Below are positions 1 to 9,776 of a stretch of DNA of 64,000 nucleotides, piece by piece. Numbering within the stretch: position 1 is the stretch's first letter; every line of letters starts with the position of its first letter. Source of the DNA: Deltaproteobacteria bacterium (GTDB lineage: Bacteria; Desulfobacterota; Desulfuromonadia; Desulfuromonadales; Geopsychrobacteraceae). Position numbers and translations under genes: made by a program. The stretch is taken from positions 9,821-73,820 of the forward strand of contig JAJRWF010000148.1 in NCBI GenBank assembly GCA_024276905.1. Direction: 5' to 3'. Under the pieces are notes generated by a model that was not told the origin of the DNA, ran no database searches, and worked only from the letters and a program-made list of their open reading frames with translations.

Positions 1-653
1 ACCGGTGTAGTACTCACTGGGACTCGGGGAACCACCGGGGGAGGAATCCTGTTTCTCCCCGTTCCTCCTTGAGGGGAGACCGCTGGAATCGGGGTCCTCG
101 GTGCCTCGGAGACTGCAGGTTCCGGAGCTGCGTAGGGTGCAGGAGCGGGCGGAGGAGCCCATCCACCACCGTTATCCGGCAGGCCGCCACTTCCCCACTG
201 CGGCGCAGGTTCCTGATAAGACGACGGGTTCCCGGAATCAGAGTCTTCCCACTGTCCACCACCCTGATTGCCATACGGATCCCCATACCCGGCATTGTCC
301 GGAATCTCGCCCGCTGAGGGCGGCCAGTAGATACGAACACTGACGATGGAGCCGAGCATCGCCACCCCGGCGGCACCAGGGTCCTGAGAGATAACAGTCC
401 CCTCTTTACCCGCAAGATTTTCCCGGTAGTTCTTATCATAGCGGATTTCCGGTGCCAACCCGGCCTGCTGAAGGGTCGCCATGGCATCTTGCTCGTACAT
501 CCCCACAACACCGGGCACACGGAGCATGTCTTCAGCTGCCGGGTTATACCTCTGCTGCATCGGTCCCCGGTCAAGTGCTCCGGCCAACGCCGACGCAGGC
601 AAGAATAAGCAGGACATCGTCAAGGTCAGGACACCCGCAGTATAGAGTTTCAT
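1..653 (-). CDS. PASTA-domain secreted protein (C-terminus runs off the window edge)
   Basis: ATG at 653 follows AAGGAG. It is absent from the ORF track because there is no stop before position 1. My translation gives MKLYTAGVLTLTMSCLFLPASALA (signal peptide), then VPGVVGMYEQDAMATLQQAGLAPEIRY...GTVISQDPGAAGVAMLGSIVSVRIY (PASTA-like pattern), then a Pro/Gly-rich tail. Track ORF 14..574 is in another frame. Confidence 0.65.
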   Translation of the reverse strand, partial: MKLYTAGVLTLTMSCLFLPASALAGALDRGPMQQRYNPAAEDMLRVPGVVGMYEQDAMATLQQAGLAPEIRYDKNYRENLAGKEGTVISQDPGAAGVAMLGSIVSVRIYWPPSAGEIPDNAGYGDPYGNQGGGQWEDSDSGNPSSYQEPAPQWGSGGLPDNGGGWAPPPAPAPYAAPEPAVSEAPRTPIPAVSPQGGTGRNRIPPPVVPRVPVSTTP

Positions 654-687
654 GGTTTCTCCTTCCCATGCTGTTGCAGCGCCTGAT

Positions 688-1776
688 CTACCATCTGGGT
701 TTAGGCGGCAAAGGTGATCTCGGGTTAAACGTATCTCCAGGAAGCCGAGGTGGGTCTCTTTGCTCGACTCCACCCGCAGGTGGGATTGGCTCTCCCACGG
801 GTGAAGGTTTCACGCTTATATCTGACAGGCCTTTACTCTTCGTAAGCTTAAATGAAGATTTAGGCGGCCTGTAGCCCGACCCCTTACAGGTTCCAACAAC
901 AATTGAATAGGAATTATTGATCCGACCGCTACAGGTCACCCTGTCATTAAAGTTCCAGATAAAGGATTTATTGGCATCAAGCGTGGCATTGCCGGACACG
1001 CTGCCATACGTGATTCGCCCGTAACGTTTTGTCGCCGGTCCCTTGGTTGAATACCTGCCCTGTCTTTGTGACAAACTCGTTTTCGTGAACTGCCAGTCGC
1101 CGTCCCGACCGGCGATTCTGCTCGACAATTTCCACCAGCCCTGCATGTTGTGGGCTTGCGGTCCTGGCGGGGTTGGTCCTGGGCCTGGGCCGGGGCCGGG
1201 GTCTCTTGTCGAAGAGGAACCGCATTTAACCTTGGCGGCATATCGTAGCTGCGCCTTGTTCTTTGGTATCCCTCCTCCCGTACCCCCTTTTCTCCTCATA
1301 TCCCTGAGATAGGCAAGGTATGCCGAATCCTTGTTCCACGCCGTCACCAGACCATCGGCCAACAAACTCTGGTTTCCGGAGGAGACCCCCTGACAGACAC
1401 CACGTATCTCCTCATCACTGAAAGGCTGCACAATCAAGTTGATGTCAAAGAAACACTTACCCCTGCCGCCGAATCCTCCGTACCTTGTCAGAAGCTGTTG
1501 TTCATCAAGAGGAAATGGGTCCACTCCCTTGAGAACTTCGACTGCCTTTATTTTGTTGCATACGGAGGCAGTGCGCCCGACCTGGATCCGCTGGATACCG
1601 ACCTTTATGGTTTTGATGCCGGTAATCCCGCCGCGCGCATTGACGGCCAGGGACAGGGTTTGTGGACTTACTGAGGCCTGAAACCTGGCCTTTGCTGCCA
1701 GGGCTGTCGCCTGAAGCCCGAAAAGGATGCCCAAAGCGATAAACGTTGCGGTCACCATTGGAAATAGTTTCTTCAT
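688..1776 (-). CDS. hypothetical secreted protein
   Basis: 362-aa ORF with AAGGAGG before the ATG. Signal peptide MKKLFPMVTATFIALGILFGLQATALA. Internal GPGPGPGPGPTPPGP linker. No family recognised. Confidence 0.6.
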   Translation of the reverse strand: MKKLFPMVTATFIALGILFGLQATALAAKARFQASVSPQTLSLAVNARGGITGIKTIKVGIQRIQVGRTASVCNKIKAVEVLKGVDPFPLDEQQLLTRYGGFGGRGKCFFDINLIVQPFSDEEIRGVCQGVSSGNQSLLADGLVTAWNKDSAYLAYLRDMRRKGGTGGGIPKNKAQLRYAAKVKCGSSSTRDPGPGPGPGPTPPGPQAHNMQGWWKLSSRIAGRDGDWQFTKTSLSQRQGRYSTKGPATKRYGRITYGSVSGNATLDANKSFIWNFNDRVTCSGRINNSYSIVVGTCKGSGYRPPKSSFKLTKSKGLSDISVKPSPVGEPIPPAGGVEQRDPPRLPGDTFNPRSPLPPKPRW

Positions 1777-1787
1777 CTGTGCCTCCT

Positions 1788-2960
1788 TTATCTCGAAATT
1801 CTTATTTCTTTCACCCAGGCATCGCGCTCGGGTGCGCCATTACCGGACAGTTCAACACTGATCAGCCGCCGTAAATTCGGCTTCAGGGTCATGAAATCAA
1901 AGATGTATTGAAACCACTCATTGCTCGGTAAAAACACGATATCCCGCGGTTGATTTTGTGCGGCACCGCGTTGCAGGCCGAAATCTCTGCGAAATGCCGT
2001 TTCGCCGCAGTGGGTCATGCCCGCGGTATCTTCATAGCAAAGGGACAACGTCAGGGGACAGGGACCGCCAGATCGAGACGGGGCGGTTTGAGCCGCAATC
2101 ATGATTTCCATCGACAATTGCGCGGCTTTCCGATTTTTCGCCACTGCATCAATCTGTTGTATGACTCCTGCCGTTGCCGAGGTTTCATGACTCCAGATCC
2201 TGAGCTTTCCGTTGAACACCCCGACACCTTCGGCTGTGGCGGGGAGTAGTTGCCAGTCGACCAGGCCCTGACTGAAATCACCGTTCCTGATCAGATTGGG
2301 CTCCATTCTGCGTTGATCGTCCCGACCGGCACGGGAATAAGGTCTTTCGTACGGATATTCGACGAGGTACTCAACGGGCTCATTTGCCGGGGCAAGAGAC
2401 AGGTCAAGAGGCCCGCGCAGGTAGGTGATTCCTTCACCGGGCTGATGAATGGGCGAGATGGCCGGTGTGGTCAGATAGAGAGAATGACGAAAAGGGATCG
2501 CTGGCCCGGAAATACCCGTTTGTGCACCAACGGCCAGAAAGGCAATCCTCCCTTTGCTGCGGCTGGAAACCCCCAGGCGCCAGCGAAATTCGGTTTTCAC
2601 ATAATTGGTACGCACCACCGGACCCACCGGCAGCCGGTAGCTTTTCGCCGCCGCTTCCTGTGGCCAGCGATCAAACAATATGACTGAGGGTTTGTCCGTT
2701 ACTGCGCTCGAATAGCGCAGACCGAGGGTATAGTCGACGCCAGGGATCAACTCCAGCAGATAGAGTGAATAGTAACCGTAGGCATCGCCACGCTTCAGGA
2801 TCTCTGCTGATCGACCCATTGTCGGACCATCAAACCAACCGCCGCTGCCGGGCAGTTTCACAACCCGCCAGGGACGACTGTCAGCCAGGCCCGGACCAGG
2901 AACGCTCGTAAGTCCCAGAACGAGAACTATGGCAAAAATGCGGCAACCGAGTCCCCTCAC
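1788..2960 (-). CDS. hypothetical secreted protein with a CBM4/9-like (galactose-binding-like) C-terminal module
   Basis: 390-aa ORF with signal peptide MRGLGCRIFAIVLVLGLTSVPGPGLA. NLIRNGDFSQGLVDWQL resembles the start of CBM4_9-type modules. Packed 11 nt from the next gene. Confidence 0.55.
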   Translation of the reverse strand: MRGLGCRIFAIVLVLGLTSVPGPGLADSRPWRVVKLPGSGGWFDGPTMGRSAEILKRGDAYGYYSLYLLELIPGVDYTLGLRYSSAVTDKPSVILFDRWPQEAAAKSYRLPVGPVVRTNYVKTEFRWRLGVSSRSKGRIAFLAVGAQTGISGPAIPFRHSLYLTTPAISPIHQPGEGITYLRGPLDLSLAPANEPVEYLVEYPYERPYSRAGRDDQRRMEPNLIRNGDFSQGLVDWQLLPATAEGVGVFNGKLRIWSHETSATAGVIQQIDAVAKNRKAAQLSMEIMIAAQTAPSRSGGPCPLTLSLCYEDTAGMTHCGETAFRRDFGLQRGAAQNQPRDIVFLPSNEWFQYIFDFMTLKPNLRRLISVELSGNGAPERDAWVKEIRISR

Positions 2961-2969
2961 ACAACACTC

Positions 2970-3641
2970 CTATTCTTCGTACTTTGCGACTATTTGAGAA
3001 ATAGCCTCCTCGATACAGGCCTGGATGGCCTTGTCGACCCCCTCTTTTCGATCATGGGCAACGCCCAGATTAAGCCCTTTAAGTTTGGTTTTTGATAACA
3101 GTTTGCCGAGTCCGGTCGCGGAAAAGCCTCCTTCCGAAACCTTTTTGCTGACATGCACGGCATCAAGCACAACCGCCGTCTTCGCGTCCTGAACACTGAT
3201 GTCCAGACCGATTTCGGCCCGCTCACCGCTCGACTCTATGCCCACCCCCTCAAAGGCCCCGGCAATCCCTGTTTTGTCCGCCTGGGCATTCGCTTCGGTG
3301 ATAGTGACGACGAAAATAAAATCCGCCCCCAGCAAAAGGGAACTCGCCGCGTCACCCGTCGTCATGCCCTGCTGGTTCAACTGTTTTTCCGCATATACCG
3401 ACTTTTGTCTGTCCAGGACTTTGAACGCACCCGATTGCAGGAGCGTTGTGGTGACAAATTCGGTGTACGGTGTAGGATCGACTTCAGGAATAACGCTCTT
3501 GACCTCGTAGATCGCCACGGTCTTCCTGTTGTCCACTTTCTTGCTGCCCCAGGCCCAGGCAGACACCGAGGAAAACAGAACCGTACTCACTGCCAGAGTC
3601 AGTGACAGGTAAATCGCAGCATTTAAACTTTTCCGACTCAT
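2970..3641 (-). CDS. CsgG/HfaB-family periplasmic/outer-membrane protein
   Basis: KTVAIYEVKS...FVTTTLLQSGAFKVLDRQK...LLLGADFIFVVTITE...IGLDISVQDAKTAVVLDA follows the CsgG-family layout. The track ORF starts at 3680. I prefer the ATG at 3641 (GGAGAG upstream, then MSRKSLNAAIYLSLTLAVSTVLFSSVSAWA signal). Confidence 0.7.
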   Translation of the reverse strand: MSRKSLNAAIYLSLTLAVSTVLFSSVSAWAWGSKKVDNRKTVAIYEVKSVIPEVDPTPYTEFVTTTLLQSGAFKVLDRQKSVYAEKQLNQQGMTTGDAASSLLLGADFIFVVTITEANAQADKTGIAGAFEGVGIESSGERAEIGLDISVQDAKTAVVLDAVHVSKKVSEGGFSATGLGKLLSKTKLKGLNLGVAHDRKEGVDKAIQACIEEAISQIVAKYEE

Positions 3642-3712
3642 TGGTCTCTCCATTTTTCGCCTCGATAGACACCCATACAATTATTCTTCCTGACTGCGGG
3701 CAATTGCCATTT

Positions 3713-4117
3713 TCAATCCTTGCGACACTTAAGCCTCCCGGCTCCGTCGGATATGCAGCTGTAACCCTCAGGAAGGAGCCTTCGGACACTGGAATGGGTC
3801 TCGCTTCCCGAGGATCGAAGCCGATAAACACAATAAAAGTACTGCTCCTGAAGCTGGGATTTGACGAGGCGCGCAGGCTGCCCTTTATCTGTCGGTTCCC
3901 AATAGGTCGGCAGGAGCTCTCCCTTGATACCCACATAAGCGCTGGGACACTGAAGATCGAAACCTTGGGGCACCAGTTCAACCGGGCTGTGGATGGTGCC
4001 AATTTGTGGATTCCCCCCCTGCCATTGCGGTGAGGCGGCCCGGACGAGAGGACTCCAGAGAACTGCCTGGCCGATGAACAATGAAATCAAGATGGTCACT
4101 ATCCTCATCATTGACAT
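3713..4117 (-). CDS. small secreted hypothetical protein
   Basis: 134-aa ORF with signal peptide MSMMRIVTILISLFIGQAVLWSPLVRA. First gene of the minus-strand secreted-protein string 4117->1. Confidence 0.5.
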   Translation of the reverse strand: MSMMRIVTILISLFIGQAVLWSPLVRAASPQWQGGNPQIGTIHSPVELVPQGFDLQCPSAYVGIKGELLPTYWEPTDKGQPARLVKSQLQEQYFYCVYRLRSSGSETHSSVRRLLPEGYSCISDGAGRLKCRKD

Positions 4118-4291
4118 TCAGTCCTTTCACCGATCTGTTCCACTGCACTTCTGCAGCGGGGCCACCCGTTTCAGCTGCAGACAGCTTCGGGAACTCAACA
4201 TGGAGCGCTGGTTTTTCATTAAGATAATCAGCGGGGAACAGATCTGATACCCCCGATTGGGGGGTACGACTTTTTGCGGAGGGGATTTAAC

Positions 4292-4933
4292 TCAGAAAGG
4301 TTTGATAAGGCCCAGCCTCAGTCCTTCGTAAACAGCTTCGGCGCGGCTGGAAACATTTAATTTCTGATAAATAATCTTGGTGTAGCCTGCGATGGTGTTG
4401 GTGGTGAGCCCCAGCAGTTTGGCTACTTCGGGCCGCGAAAACCCTTTCGCGATAAGTTGCAGGACGTCGTTCTCCCGGGGAGTGAGCGCCTCAAAATCTT
4501 CCGATTTCCGCTCATGGAGAGAAAAATACTTAAGAATACGTTGAGCGATCCCGGGGGAGAGCGGCGGCTGCCCTTGCAGGACAGCCTTCAGCTGCTGGAT
4601 TTGAAGTTCGCGCGGCTGTTCCTTGCTGAGATAGCCTTTGGCGCCAGCCTGCAAAGCCGCGAAAATGTGGGCGTCATCCTCAAAAATGGTCGTGATCACG
4701 CAATAGGTTTGCGGATGTGTTTCCCCCATCTCACGAACAAGATCAATACCCGAGCCGTCCGGCAGGTTGATATCCACCAGGGCCAGCGAGAAGGTCTGCT
4801 CCTTCAGCAGCGCCCGAGCCTCTTCCAGGGTCACGGCACCAGCGGCAGCAGCCCCGGGAAACGCTTCTGAGATGTGGGTTTCCCACCAGAGTCTGGTATC
4901 ATGGTGGTCCTCAAGAACGAGAACTCTTTCCAT
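4292..4933 (-). CDS. LuxR/NarL-family response regulator
   Basis: Receiver domain (VLVLEDHHDT...VDINLPDGSG) plus a LuxR HTH (LTPRENDVLQLIAKGFSRPEVAKLLGLTTNTIAGYTKIIYQKLNV). Confidence 0.9.
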   Translation of the reverse strand: MERVLVLEDHHDTRLWWETHISEAFPGAAAAGAVTLEEARALLKEQTFSLALVDINLPDGSGIDLVREMGETHPQTYCVITTIFEDDAHIFAALQAGAKGYLSKEQPRELQIQQLKAVLQGQPPLSPGIAQRILKYFSLHERKSEDFEALTPRENDVLQLIAKGFSRPEVAKLLGLTTNTIAGYTKIIYQKLNVSSRAEAVYEGLRLGLIKPF

Positions 4934-4938
4934 CTCTG

Positions 4939-7110
4939 TTATCCTTCCGGATCCTGGCCCGGGGTGAGAGGCAGGCTGAGGCGGACTTCAAAAATCCCTT
5001 CCCGTGGAAACATCTGGTGCGAACAATCCCCACCAAGATCGGTTATCCGTCTTTCCATGTTGATAATCCCCTTGCCATAACGCAATGCGCTCTCCTGCTG
5101 TTGGACACCGTCATTGCGGATGAACCCGGTCAGTTGCTGCCCTTTTATTTTCCAGGCAACCCAGAGCAGTTCAGTTTTGGCATGGGTAAACGCGTTGCTT
5201 GAAGCCTCAAACAGGACCCTGGAGATATTGACCAGTTGCCGCGGGGTCAGCTGAAGGTTGCTCTCCAGCGAACCGACTTCCCAGTGCAGGGCGATACCGA
5301 TGTTTTCACAGCGATCATACAGCTCACGCCGCCAGACCGACAGGGCTTCATCGAGCGAGGTGCTGTCTTTTTGGTCGATGCTGTAGATGATATCACGCAG
5401 AGCCCTCAGCGCCTCACGAGCGAGCTGGGTCTCCTTGTGATTTGTTGTCGAATGGATCAAGGAAAGAAGCCGTCCGCCGATATCATCGTGCAGGTCACAC
5501 ATGATCCGCTCCCGCTCTTCATCAACGCCCAGATTATACGCAGCCAGCCGCTCTTCCACCTGACGGGCGATCTTATGGATTTCACCGGCCAGCTTTACAT
5601 CTGCCCGCGAAAAAAGCCGCACCCCGTTATCTGCAAATCCCAACTGAATTGTCCCCTTACCGCCAAAGTCGGGAACCAGTAAAATCTCTCCGTGCTTCTC
5701 CAGTCCCGGTGCCAAGATCTGATCGCTGCGTTTCTCGAATGAAAGGGGTTTGAAAATCTCTTTCAGGACCCTTTCCCAAGCGACACCACCAACGCGCTCT
5801 CTTGCGACAATACCGGCAACAATTGCGGAAAGGGAAAGTTCCAGACTCTTGGCGGACGTCGGGTAGACTCGGCCCCAGATCCATTGCCGGGCCGGAAAAT
5901 AAACCCAGCCGATCAGGAACAAGGCCAGAACCAGAGGAACGGTTTTACCCGAGAAAACAGTTGTGGCGAGAAGACCGTCCAGGAACAGAATGGCGCCTCC
6001 GGTAAGAAACCAGGCCCAGATACTGAACCACCAGCGGTCAATATCGAACAGACGGTACTTGAGGATGCCGAGCCCCATACCGATGTACATCATGGCCACC
6101 GCACCAAGCCCGGTACTGATGCCCGCAAAAGTGCGCTCGAAAACCAGAACCTGGAGAAAATAGATAATCAAACCGATACTGACCGAACCCATAAAGGACA
6201 ACAGCAGCCACTTGAGCGCGGCACGGCTGACAGGATCGCCCCTGGATAATCGCCACTGGGCACAGGCCACAACGGCGCCGATCAGATAATAAATAATGAC
6301 CTGGAGAAAGATCGTATGACCCGGGAAATCCGTCCATTCAAATTGCTCATTCAACCAGAAAAAAGAGACCAGCAGCGCCATCAGAACAGGCAGAGGAAAG
6401 GAACTCAGACGTTTCGGATAGGTGTAAAGCAGCGCTAAACCGAAAACCGTAAATATGTTGTTTCCGAGATGATACAGGGCGCGCATTGCCAGCATGAATC
6501 CGGGCTCCAGGGCGATCTCCCGGGTGACAATGACTGCGACAGGCAGCGTGCAGACAAGCAGGCCGAACCCTGTCGCAAAAAACAAGCGGGCCGGTGTGCT
6601 TTTCAGCCGCGCGGAAAGAACCCCGGAGCCGATCATGAAGACCAGCATTCCGATGCCATTAAGCAGCCAGAATTGTAAAGGGAGAGCCGCAAGGGGACGA
6701 ACAGATGCCGGTTGGACCCGAACTTGACGACCGTCTTCAAGATTCAGTTGCACAACCGGTTCCCGAAGAATTTCGGCGAATTTTGCCTGACGATCCAGAA
6801 AAACCCTGTACGCACCGAAGGTGGGGAAGATATCCGGGTCCTCCACCAGGTCAGAGGATTGCACCTCGACCGGCGCCCCGGTTACCACTTGCAGAGAAAG
6901 GATATTGTCACCCCGGGTAAGGATCAGCTCGGAAGGGCTGTGCAGCTGAACATTGTCCACAAGCATACCGACCGGACCGTCGGACGCCCTTAAGGCAAGA
7001 CCCAGCCAGGGCTGGTGCATTGCCAGCCAGGCAGACGTGAACAGACTCAATCCACAAAGAAGTGCCGCAACAGAAAGTACTTTGTAGGGTGAGAGTCCAA
7101 TTCTGTTCAC
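4939..7110 (-). CDS. membrane sensor histidine kinase (HisKA_3/NarX-DesK type)
   Basis: 723 aa. N-terminal periplasmic segment, many TM helices, H-box CDLHDDIGGRLLSL, C-terminal ATPase region. Lies 5 nt upstream of the LuxR regulator. Confidence 0.85.
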   Translation of the reverse strand: MNRIGLSPYKVLSVAALLCGLSLFTSAWLAMHQPWLGLALRASDGPVGMLVDNVQLHSPSELILTRGDNILSLQVVTGAPVEVQSSDLVEDPDIFPTFGAYRVFLDRQAKFAEILREPVVQLNLEDGRQVRVQPASVRPLAALPLQFWLLNGIGMLVFMIGSGVLSARLKSTPARLFFATGFGLLVCTLPVAVIVTREIALEPGFMLAMRALYHLGNNIFTVFGLALLYTYPKRLSSFPLPVLMALLVSFFWLNEQFEWTDFPGHTIFLQVIIYYLIGAVVACAQWRLSRGDPVSRAALKWLLLSFMGSVSIGLIIYFLQVLVFERTFAGISTGLGAVAMMYIGMGLGILKYRLFDIDRWWFSIWAWFLTGGAILFLDGLLATTVFSGKTVPLVLALFLIGWVYFPARQWIWGRVYPTSAKSLELSLSAIVAGIVARERVGGVAWERVLKEIFKPLSFEKRSDQILAPGLEKHGEILLVPDFGGKGTIQLGFADNGVRLFSRADVKLAGEIHKIARQVEERLAAYNLGVDEERERIMCDLHDDIGGRLLSLIHSTTNHKETQLAREALRALRDIIYSIDQKDSTSLDEALSVWRRELYDRCENIGIALHWEVGSLESNLQLTPRQLVNISRVLFEASSNAFTHAKTELLWVAWKIKGQQLTGFIRNDGVQQQESALRYGKGIINMERRITDLGGDCSHQMFPREGIFEVRLSLPLTPGQDPEG

Positions 7111-7241
7111 AGTAACTCCAGATTACTGAGAGAATTGCATCTGATTTCGATACAGAGCGCGGAGGGACACCGTTGACTTACACAACTAAAGATCTGCTTT
7201 CAATAAAACCCTAAGGGCTCCGAAAAGACTGGCACTTCTGC

Positions 7242-7919
7242 CTAACGACCAGCCTTCTCGCCCAATGCAATTCTGCGGACCTCGTCTATTCCAACCTCAT
7301 CGACCAGCTTACCGATCCGGCATTTGCGGTTGCAGGCGGTGAACCAGTTGATAAGTCGCTCGATAGCGGCCAAGGCCTCTTCTTCGGTCGGGATATGTTC
7401 CAGCAACCGCTGGCTGAGGCGTGGTGCCGAACCGCCGTTGCCGCCAACCTGCAGGTGCCAACCCTTCGGTGTCCCGAGCAGAGCAATGTCCTTGATACAC
7501 GCCTCGGCACAGTCGTTCATGCAGCCCGAAACCGATATTTTCAGTTTCCACGGCAACTCGCGTGCCTGATAGCGTTCGTCAATCTTCAGCCCCAGAGCAA
7601 CCGAATCCTGCTGTCCCCGCTTGCAGAAATCGGTGCCGGGACAGATTTTCACCGAACGGACACAGGGCCCGAACGGCCGCGCACGGCGCATCCCGTCAAG
7701 ATCTTCCCAGGCCGCATCGATATTCTCTTCGGCCAGACCGATAATGGCAATCCGTTGACCGCTGCCAACTTTGAGACGCGCACCATAATGCCGCGCCACA
7801 GCAGCAATCTGTTCGAGCTGCTCAGGCGTCGTCAAGCCTGCGGGAATGTGTGGAGTGATGGCATAGCTTTTACGATCGCGCTGGATAACAGCCCCCTTGT
7901 CGACGATATCGCGTTTCAT
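7242..7919 (-). CDS. nitrite/sulfite reductase-like 4Fe-4S/siroheme domain protein
   Basis: Cys clusters CPGTDFC and SGCMNDCAEAC in a NIR_SIR-like context. The track start 7928 is a TTG overlapping the upstream stop. ATG at 7919 gives MKRDIVDKGAVIQRD. Confidence 0.8.
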   Translation of the reverse strand: MKRDIVDKGAVIQRDRKSYAITPHIPAGLTTPEQLEQIAAVARHYGARLKVGSGQRIAIIGLAEENIDAAWEDLDGMRRARPFGPCVRSVKICPGTDFCKRGQQDSVALGLKIDERYQARELPWKLKISVSGCMNDCAEACIKDIALLGTPKGWHLQVGGNGGSAPRLSQRLLEHIPTEEEALAAIERLINWFTACNRKCRIGKLVDEVGIDEVRRIALGEKAGR

Positions 7920-7924
7920 CGTGT

Positions 7925-8533
7925 TCAATCGAATTTTCCGCGGTTCTTTTCGACCTGGCCGAACACCAGCAGGCCGCCGTAATGGCCGAGCATGGTCACA
8001 CAGAAGAGTGCAGCACCTGCGAGGGCCAGAAAAAACCAGGTTACACTGTCACCGGAAGTGAGCAGCTCAGGGTTATTGTAACGCAGCAGAAACATCTCGA
8101 AACTGATCAACACCAGACAACCGCCGAAGATCAGCTTGCGGTGAAAAATCCTGCCTTTAACTCCATCATAGTGGTGACGCCAACTGTAAATGCCCGTTAC
8201 CAGTGTGGCAAGGACACTTAAAGGAACCAGCCCCAGCAACAGATAGATCCCGTGATCAAGGGTTTCGAGTCCAACCGCCAGATAGAGGAACAGAAACAGC
8301 AGCAGCGTCGGCAGCAAAGCATTAGGAAAATGCGCCATTACCGCATGGGGCATGAAAGAATCGGCCATCTCCTGGAATATGCCCTTGTGGGCCGTAGAGG
8401 CGGGTTTACTATCGCCCTCATCCTCAAGCAGTTCAAACTTCCCGGCTCCGACCCCGCAAACCGGGCAGATCTCCGGGGCTGTTTCACCCCGGTGAATATA
8501 ACCGCAGACCGTACACCGCCAGCGTTTTTCCAT
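7925..8533 (-). CDS. rubredoxin-like domain fused to a DUF2231-like membrane domain
   Basis: RCTVCGYIH...CPVCG (rubredoxin knuckles) followed by about 4 TM helices. GGAGGTGG precedes the ATG at 8533 (track start 8545). Confidence 0.75.
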   Translation of the reverse strand: MEKRWRCTVCGYIHRGETAPEICPVCGVGAGKFELLEDEGDSKPASTAHKGIFQEMADSFMPHAVMAHFPNALLPTLLLFLFLYLAVGLETLDHGIYLLLGLVPLSVLATLVTGIYSWRHHYDGVKGRIFHRKLIFGGCLVLISFEMFLLRYNNPELLTSGDSVTWFFLALAGAALFCVTMLGHYGGLLVFGQVEKNRGKFD

Positions 8534-8684
8534 CGCCACCTCCATTGCCTCCCGGGCTGGTGTTTCAATTTGACTCCCCTGCGGGAACCTCTATAATCGT
8601 GACATTGTTTTCAGCTCTATAACCAACGTCTGTACTGGTCAACAGTGTGCCAGTTCCTTCATTGTCCTGCAAGGAGAGAGAAAA

Positions 8685-9671
8685 ATGAAAGCCGTTCTGA
8701 TCGATGAATTCGGCGCTGTCGACGTCCTGAAAGTCGGTGAATCCTAACGTCCGCAACCCAAAAGTGATGAAGTCCTGATCAAGGTGGTCGCCACCAGCAT
8801 CAACCGCCCTGATCTGGTTCAGCGTGCAGGAAAGTATCCCCCGCCGGCCGGTGATTCAGAAATCCTCGGCCTCGAAGTGGCCGGAACCATCGAAGCACTC
8901 GGCAGTGAAGTCAGCGGCTGGAAGGTCGGTGACCGGGTGATGTCGCTGGTCGGCGGTGGCGGCTACGCCGAATATGCGGTGGCCTATGCCTGTCACCTGA
9001 TGCCGATCCCCGAGAGCATGAGCTTTGAAGAGGCGGCCTGCGTCAATGAAAGCTACATCACTGCCTTTCTCAATGTCTTCATGATCGGCGATCTGCAGGA
9101 TGGACAGACCGCGATCCTGCACGGTGGTGGTGGTGGAGTCAACACCGCGGCGATCCAGCTGGCCAAGGCCTTGACCCCCAACGCCAAACTGATTGTCACC
9201 GCCCACCCGAGCAAGCTGGAGCGGGTCAAAAAGCTGGGAGCCGATCTGGTGATCGACTTTACAGAAACCCCTGATTTAAGCGATGCGGTCAAGGAATTCA
9301 CCAAGAAAAAAGGCGTCAGCGTCATCCTCGATCATGTCGGGGCCAAATATCTGAAACCGAACATGAGCAGCCTCGGTTACACCGGCAAACTGGTGATTAT
9401 CGGCATCATCAGCGGGATCAAGGCCGAACTCAACCTGGCCCTGATGATGGTCAAACGCCAGCAGATCATCGGCTCGGTGCTGCGCAGTCGCCCGGTCCCC
9501 GAAAAAGGCGAGATCGTTGCCGAATTCACCCGTCGTGCTCTGCCGAAGTTTGCTGACCGCTCTATTGTTCCGATCATCGAGAAGGTCTTTCCCATCGAAC
9601 AGATTCAGGCCGCTCACCGGATGATGGAAGAGGACAAGCACTTCGGCAAGATTGTGCTGAAAATCAGCTGA
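8685..9671 (+). pseudogene. qor: NAD(P)H:quinone oxidoreductase (MDR/zeta-crystallin family) interrupted by an in-frame TAA at 8745..8747
   Basis: AAGGAGAGAG then ATG at 8685 gives MKAVLIDEFGAVDVLKVGES*RPQPKSDEVLIKVVATSINRPDLVQRAGKYPPPAG.... The frame is continuous with track ORF 8784..9671, which starts at an internal GTG. Confidence 0.75.
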
Positions 9672-9776
9672 AGTCAGACAACCAAGTAAGTTTTAGCCTC
9701 AGGGTAGCCTCGGGATAAATGCCTGGATTTTGATTTTAAGTCCGGAGTCGTCCCGAGGCTATTTAACTTTCAGAAT

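Noticed and set aside
14-574. 186-aa track ORF as the left-most gene
   Set aside because: A different frame starting at 653 has an SD, a signal peptide and a PASTA-domain pattern and stays open to the window edge. The 14..574 translation is Arg-rich with no features.
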